IMG/VR virus record: IMGVR_UViG_3300025096_000011
Length of the DNA stretch: 20,000 nucleotides
Reading direction: 5' to 3' (one strand)
From: an uncultured virus (IMG/VR IMGVR_UViG_3300025096_000011)
Taxonomy: Duplodnaviria; Heunggongvirae; Uroviricota; Caudoviricetes
Shown here: positions 17,592 to 20,000 of the stretch, piece after piece
How the letters are laid out: the number at the start of each line of letters is the position of its first letter
How positions within the stretch are numbered: position 1 is the first letter of the stretch
Notes under the pieces: model-generated
What the model was told of the DNA's origin: nothing
Database searches by the model: none
Seen by the model: the letters and a program-made list of their open reading frames with translations, nothing else
Program-made: the position numbers and the translations under genes

Positions 17592-17638
17592 AAAAACCGC
17601 CCAACAGCAGCGGAAAAACAAACCTGCCGTTGGACGGT
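17592..17638 (-). terminator. Long hairpin plus U-tract; terminator for the leftward transcript and possibly also for the convergent plus operon
   Basis: Arms 17596-17610/17624-17638 form 15 bp. Two positions pair as G-U only on the minus strand, where a run of T follows. Confidence 0.65.
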
Positions 17639-17811
17639 AGCCGGTGGGCAAGACAACAAACATGCAAGACAACGTTCAAGATACCGGCTAAACCGATTGT
17701 ATCAGGGGGCGGGGCAAATGCCCAGGTAAAGTCCTCCCCCCACCCGGTAGGAATCGCCCATGCTCACGCTCCGAGATGGGAACAGACGATGTGGGTGGGG
17801 GGAGAACCTGG
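17596..17811 (-). ncRNA. Candidate structured RNA: array of three large hairpins
   Basis: 15-bp stem (17596-17638), 8-bp perfect stem TAGCCGGT/ACCGGCTA (17638-17690), and a ~90-nt stem-loop (17722-17811) with a 12-bp perfect CTCCCCCCACCC/GGGTGGGGGGAG helix. Confidence 0.5.
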
Positions 17812-17836
17812 ACGTTATTTCTTATCCGCCATGTCG

Positions 17837-18118
17837 TTAATACTCTCGACAACTGTGGATAATGCAGTCATGCCACTTCCAGTCCTTGGTCATGTAGTCA
17901 ATCAACTCTTTATTACGCGCAAACTTAAACGTAGGTATGAAGTGCATATCGGCTCGGAAGTCCTTGCACAGTTGAGTAATCTTACAGACGTACCGCTTGT
18001 TGTCATACTGCAATATCCAAGACCCATCGTCTGTTTGCGCGGTAACCTGCCCCTCAACTTGCTGAGTTGCGGCGGCTGGTTGACTAAGTAACATCATCAG
18101 TAGCAAAAGACCTCTCAT
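17837..18118 (-). CDS. Small predicted exported protein, 93 aa
   Basis: Signal-peptide-like N-terminus MRGLLLLMMLLSQPAAA. ATGA-coupled to the upstream gene. Four Cys. Confidence 0.6.
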   Translation of the reverse strand: MRGLLLLMMLLSQPAAATQQVEGQVTAQTDDGSWILQYDNKRYVCKITQLCKDFRADMHFIPTFKFARNKELIDYMTKDWKWHDCIIHSCREY

Positions 18119-20000
18119 AGTTCATCCTCTCTTTGTGACCGTACAGCGGCAGCAGCAGGAACGGCGGCACCTGCGCCATACAATCCGGTAGGCTTAAACT
18201 CACCGGTTACCTTACCTAAGTCCGGCGCATCAGCCGCCAACTTTAATGACGAATCATCGATCGCAATAATCGACAACGAGCCTGGGTCCTCAGCTATGTT
18301 CGTATAGATAACGCCATCAAACCCGTGCTTTTTGTAAATATCGCGTACCGACTGTGCTTCTACCGCCTCATTTAACCTGAGATTGGCTGACCCGTCCCAA
18401 TCTAATCCCGCGTTGCGTACCCTTAACTCGGCATCATCGAGATACTTTTTTAGGTCTGCCGCAAACTTTTTCTCATTCAGTCTCTCAGCAGACTTAATCG
18501 AGTCAAGTAGGACAGACTTTGCGCCCCACCCATATCCGTCAGGTAAAGGTAGTAGTTTATTGTACTTAAAGTAGAACACACGCTCCGCGTCATACGAAGG
18601 CTGAATCCTACCCTGACCGATAGGGTGGGGTGGTGGTTTTGGCTCAAATGGGTTTGCTAACTCATCGGCCCGAGAGGACCGTGCAAGCCGATACTCACGG
18701 TGTTGAGCAGCTTCTGTCGTCCCTGCGTGAAATCCGAACGAACGCCCCGCATCGTAGTCTATTGTAGTGCCGCGCATACCAGGGGTACTATGGTGAACAA
18801 CAAGCACATCTGGAGTGTACGCTACTTGATCGATATACTTTAAGTTATCGGGATTCGGAACTTGGGCAAGAAGTCGCTTATATGCGTCCGCGTACTTGTC
18901 GTTTAGCGCCTCCCTTGAATAGTTCTCCCAACCTGCATTGTCTCCTGTACTCAGCTTCGGTGTAAGACTTTCGGAAGGGATTTGTGTTGGTTCTATGCCG
19001 CCACTCCACCGCTTGAAGTGCGGCGACTCTATGCCCTTCTCTACCCATAGAGCCTTGGCTTCTTCAATCTCCGCTGGAGTGTAAGCCCCAGCAGTAGCGA
19101 TATCTGTGGCGGCGGGGGGCTTGATATTCGATCCCCAATAACCCCACTCCATAAGGTCATCGCCTGCCCAGTTAATATCTCGAAGCGGAACCTCGACGGC
19201 TACAACGTGCCAGTCCTCCTCACCAAATGCGTGATCTTCGGCATAAGTTTTAGATGGTGTCACCCAGTTACCCTTCTCAATCGTGCTTCCTGCGCTTTTT
19301 GGCATCGCTCGATAAATAGTAACCTTGGCGTCTGGATTCCCTGAGCCTGCTACAACCTTTTTCCAAAACTTCTGTGCTTCCTTGTCCTTACGCCAGTCGG
19401 TCGGGCTTCCGACGTACCAGTCTGGATGCTGAAGAATGTCTTTTGGAAAGTCGTCTGTAATGCCAATCTCGTCACCAGATGGGCCCTTCAAAGGTTGATG
19501 ACTCACCCGATAGTCGTCTGACTCTGCGGCGGGGTGCTTGGTCCGCCGCATGTTTAAGCTACCACCTTCGTCTTTCCAAAGTTGGGCAAGATCATCAAAC
19601 TCCATGTCCGTGTCTTGGTGGCGAAAACCCTTGTTGTGAAACACTTTCAATGACGCCAAACTCGACACTTGAGCGGATATTTCTTTGTCTGGATACGCTC
19701 TGAGGACTTCGTCGACAAGTTGACTACCTACACCTTGGCCCCGCTTTGATTCATCGACGACAAACTCGAAAATAGAATGAGCGTGATTGGGGGAAAAGGG
19801 AGAATCTTCAAACACCTCAATCTTCCCGCCAGGTAGGGAAAATACACTCGATGTCACTTTGTTTTGGCCGATAGTCTTTACTGTTTTGACCGGAGTTATC
19901 TTGGCGGCGGGGGGCTTGGCTGCGGTCGAGCCCGGGCGGGCAAACTCGGGTTCTACAACCTCAAGCCGATCAGAAAACTTACGGGGATTTTCTCTGTAGA
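18115..20000 (-). CDS. Polyvalent protein, C-terminal part: GNAT acetyltransferase + R-S/T-E-type ART-like domain + ART-PolyVal-like domain (5' end lies beyond the window)
   Basis: The frame stays open from 19857 to the edge (..YRENPRKFSDRLEVVEPEFARPGSTAAKPPAAKITPVKTVKTIGQNKV..). GNAT motif A VDESKRGQGVGSQL. Second domain VTIYRAM..GNWVT..YAEDH..EWGY. Third domain SPHFKRW..VVHHS..GFHAGT..AA..R..GFDGVIYTN..E.PGSLSII. Confidence 0.75.
   Translation of the reverse strand, partial: YRENPRKFSDRLEVVEPEFARPGSTAAKPPAAKITPVKTVKTIGQNKVTSSVFSLPGGKIEVFEDSPFSPNHAHSIFEFVVDESKRGQGVGSQLVDEVLRAYPDKEISAQVSSLASLKVFHNKGFRHQDTDMEFDDLAQLWKDEGGSLNMRRTKHPAAESDDYRVSHQPLKGPSGDEIGITDDFPKDILQHPDWYVGSPTDWRKDKEAQKFWKKVVAGSGNPDAKVTIYRAMPKSAGSTIEKGNWVTPSKTYAEDHAFGEEDWHVVAVEVPLRDINWAGDDLMEWGYWGSNIKPPAATDIATAGAYTPAEIEEAKALWVEKGIESPHFKRWSGGIEPTQIPSESLTPKLSTGDNAGWENYSREALNDKYADAYKRLLAQVPNPDNLKYIDQVAYTPDVLVVHHSTPGMRGTTIDYDAGRSFGFHAGTTEAAQHREYRLARSSRADELANPFEPKPPPHPIGQGRIQPSYDAERVFYFKYNKLLPLPDGYGWGAKSVLLDSIKSAERLNEKKFAADLKKYLDDAELRVRNAGLDWDGSANLRLNEAVEAQSVRDIYKKHGFDGVIYTNIAEDPGSLSIIAIDDSSLKLAADAPDLGKVTGEFKPTGLYGAGAAVPAAAAVRSQREDEL
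19107..19918 (-). repeat. Dispersed in-frame direct repeat CAAGCCCCCCGCCGCCA (K-P-P-A-A) at domain junctions, 3 copies
   Basis: TGGCGGCGGGGGGCTTG is identical at 19107-19123 and 19902-19918. GCGGCGGGGTGCTTG at 19526-19540 matches 14/15. Spacings are 378 and 417 bp. Confidence 0.85.

Noticed and set aside
17662..17691. 9-codon mini-ORF MQDNVQDTG starting in the hairpin 2 loop
   Set aside because: Too short and has no SD. G-U pairing in the flanking hairpins favours the opposite strand.
9956..17836. Actively invertible segment
   Set aside because: No inverted repeat shared by the two boundaries was found by eye, and no recombinase is encoded in the window.
17630..18091. 153-aa plus-strand ORF (and 17478-17729)
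   Set aside because: TTG start with no convincing SD. It runs through the hairpin array and is antisense to the coupled 93-aa gene.
19107..19918. CRISPR array interpretation of the 17-bp repeats
   Set aside because: The intervals are about 400 bp of in-frame coding sequence, the repeats are too short, and no cas genes are present.

Overview
This is a gene-dense fragment of a tailed dsDNA bacteriophage with a podovirus-like virion module (about 50% GC, standard genetic code). The morphogenesis genes form two divergent operons. The leftward operon (minus strand) encodes a 50-aa basic ORF, the major capsid protein, a capsid cement protein, an unusually large head-tail adaptor, a small unknown, a nozzle (tail tubular B-like) protein and two tail fibre-like proteins. 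The rightward operon (plus strand) encodes the large terminase, two small ORFs, the portal, charged and Zn-ribbon accessory proteins and the scaffold. A ~220-nt three-hairpin element follows the scaffold gene. At the right end, the minus strand carries the C-terminal part of a polyvalent protein (GNAT plus two ADP-ribosyltransferase-like domains) that runs off the window edge. Its domains are separated by a conserved, in-frame 15-17-bp GC-rich DNA repeat, which is the most striking signal here. All functional calls come from motif recognition and gene order. No database search was run.
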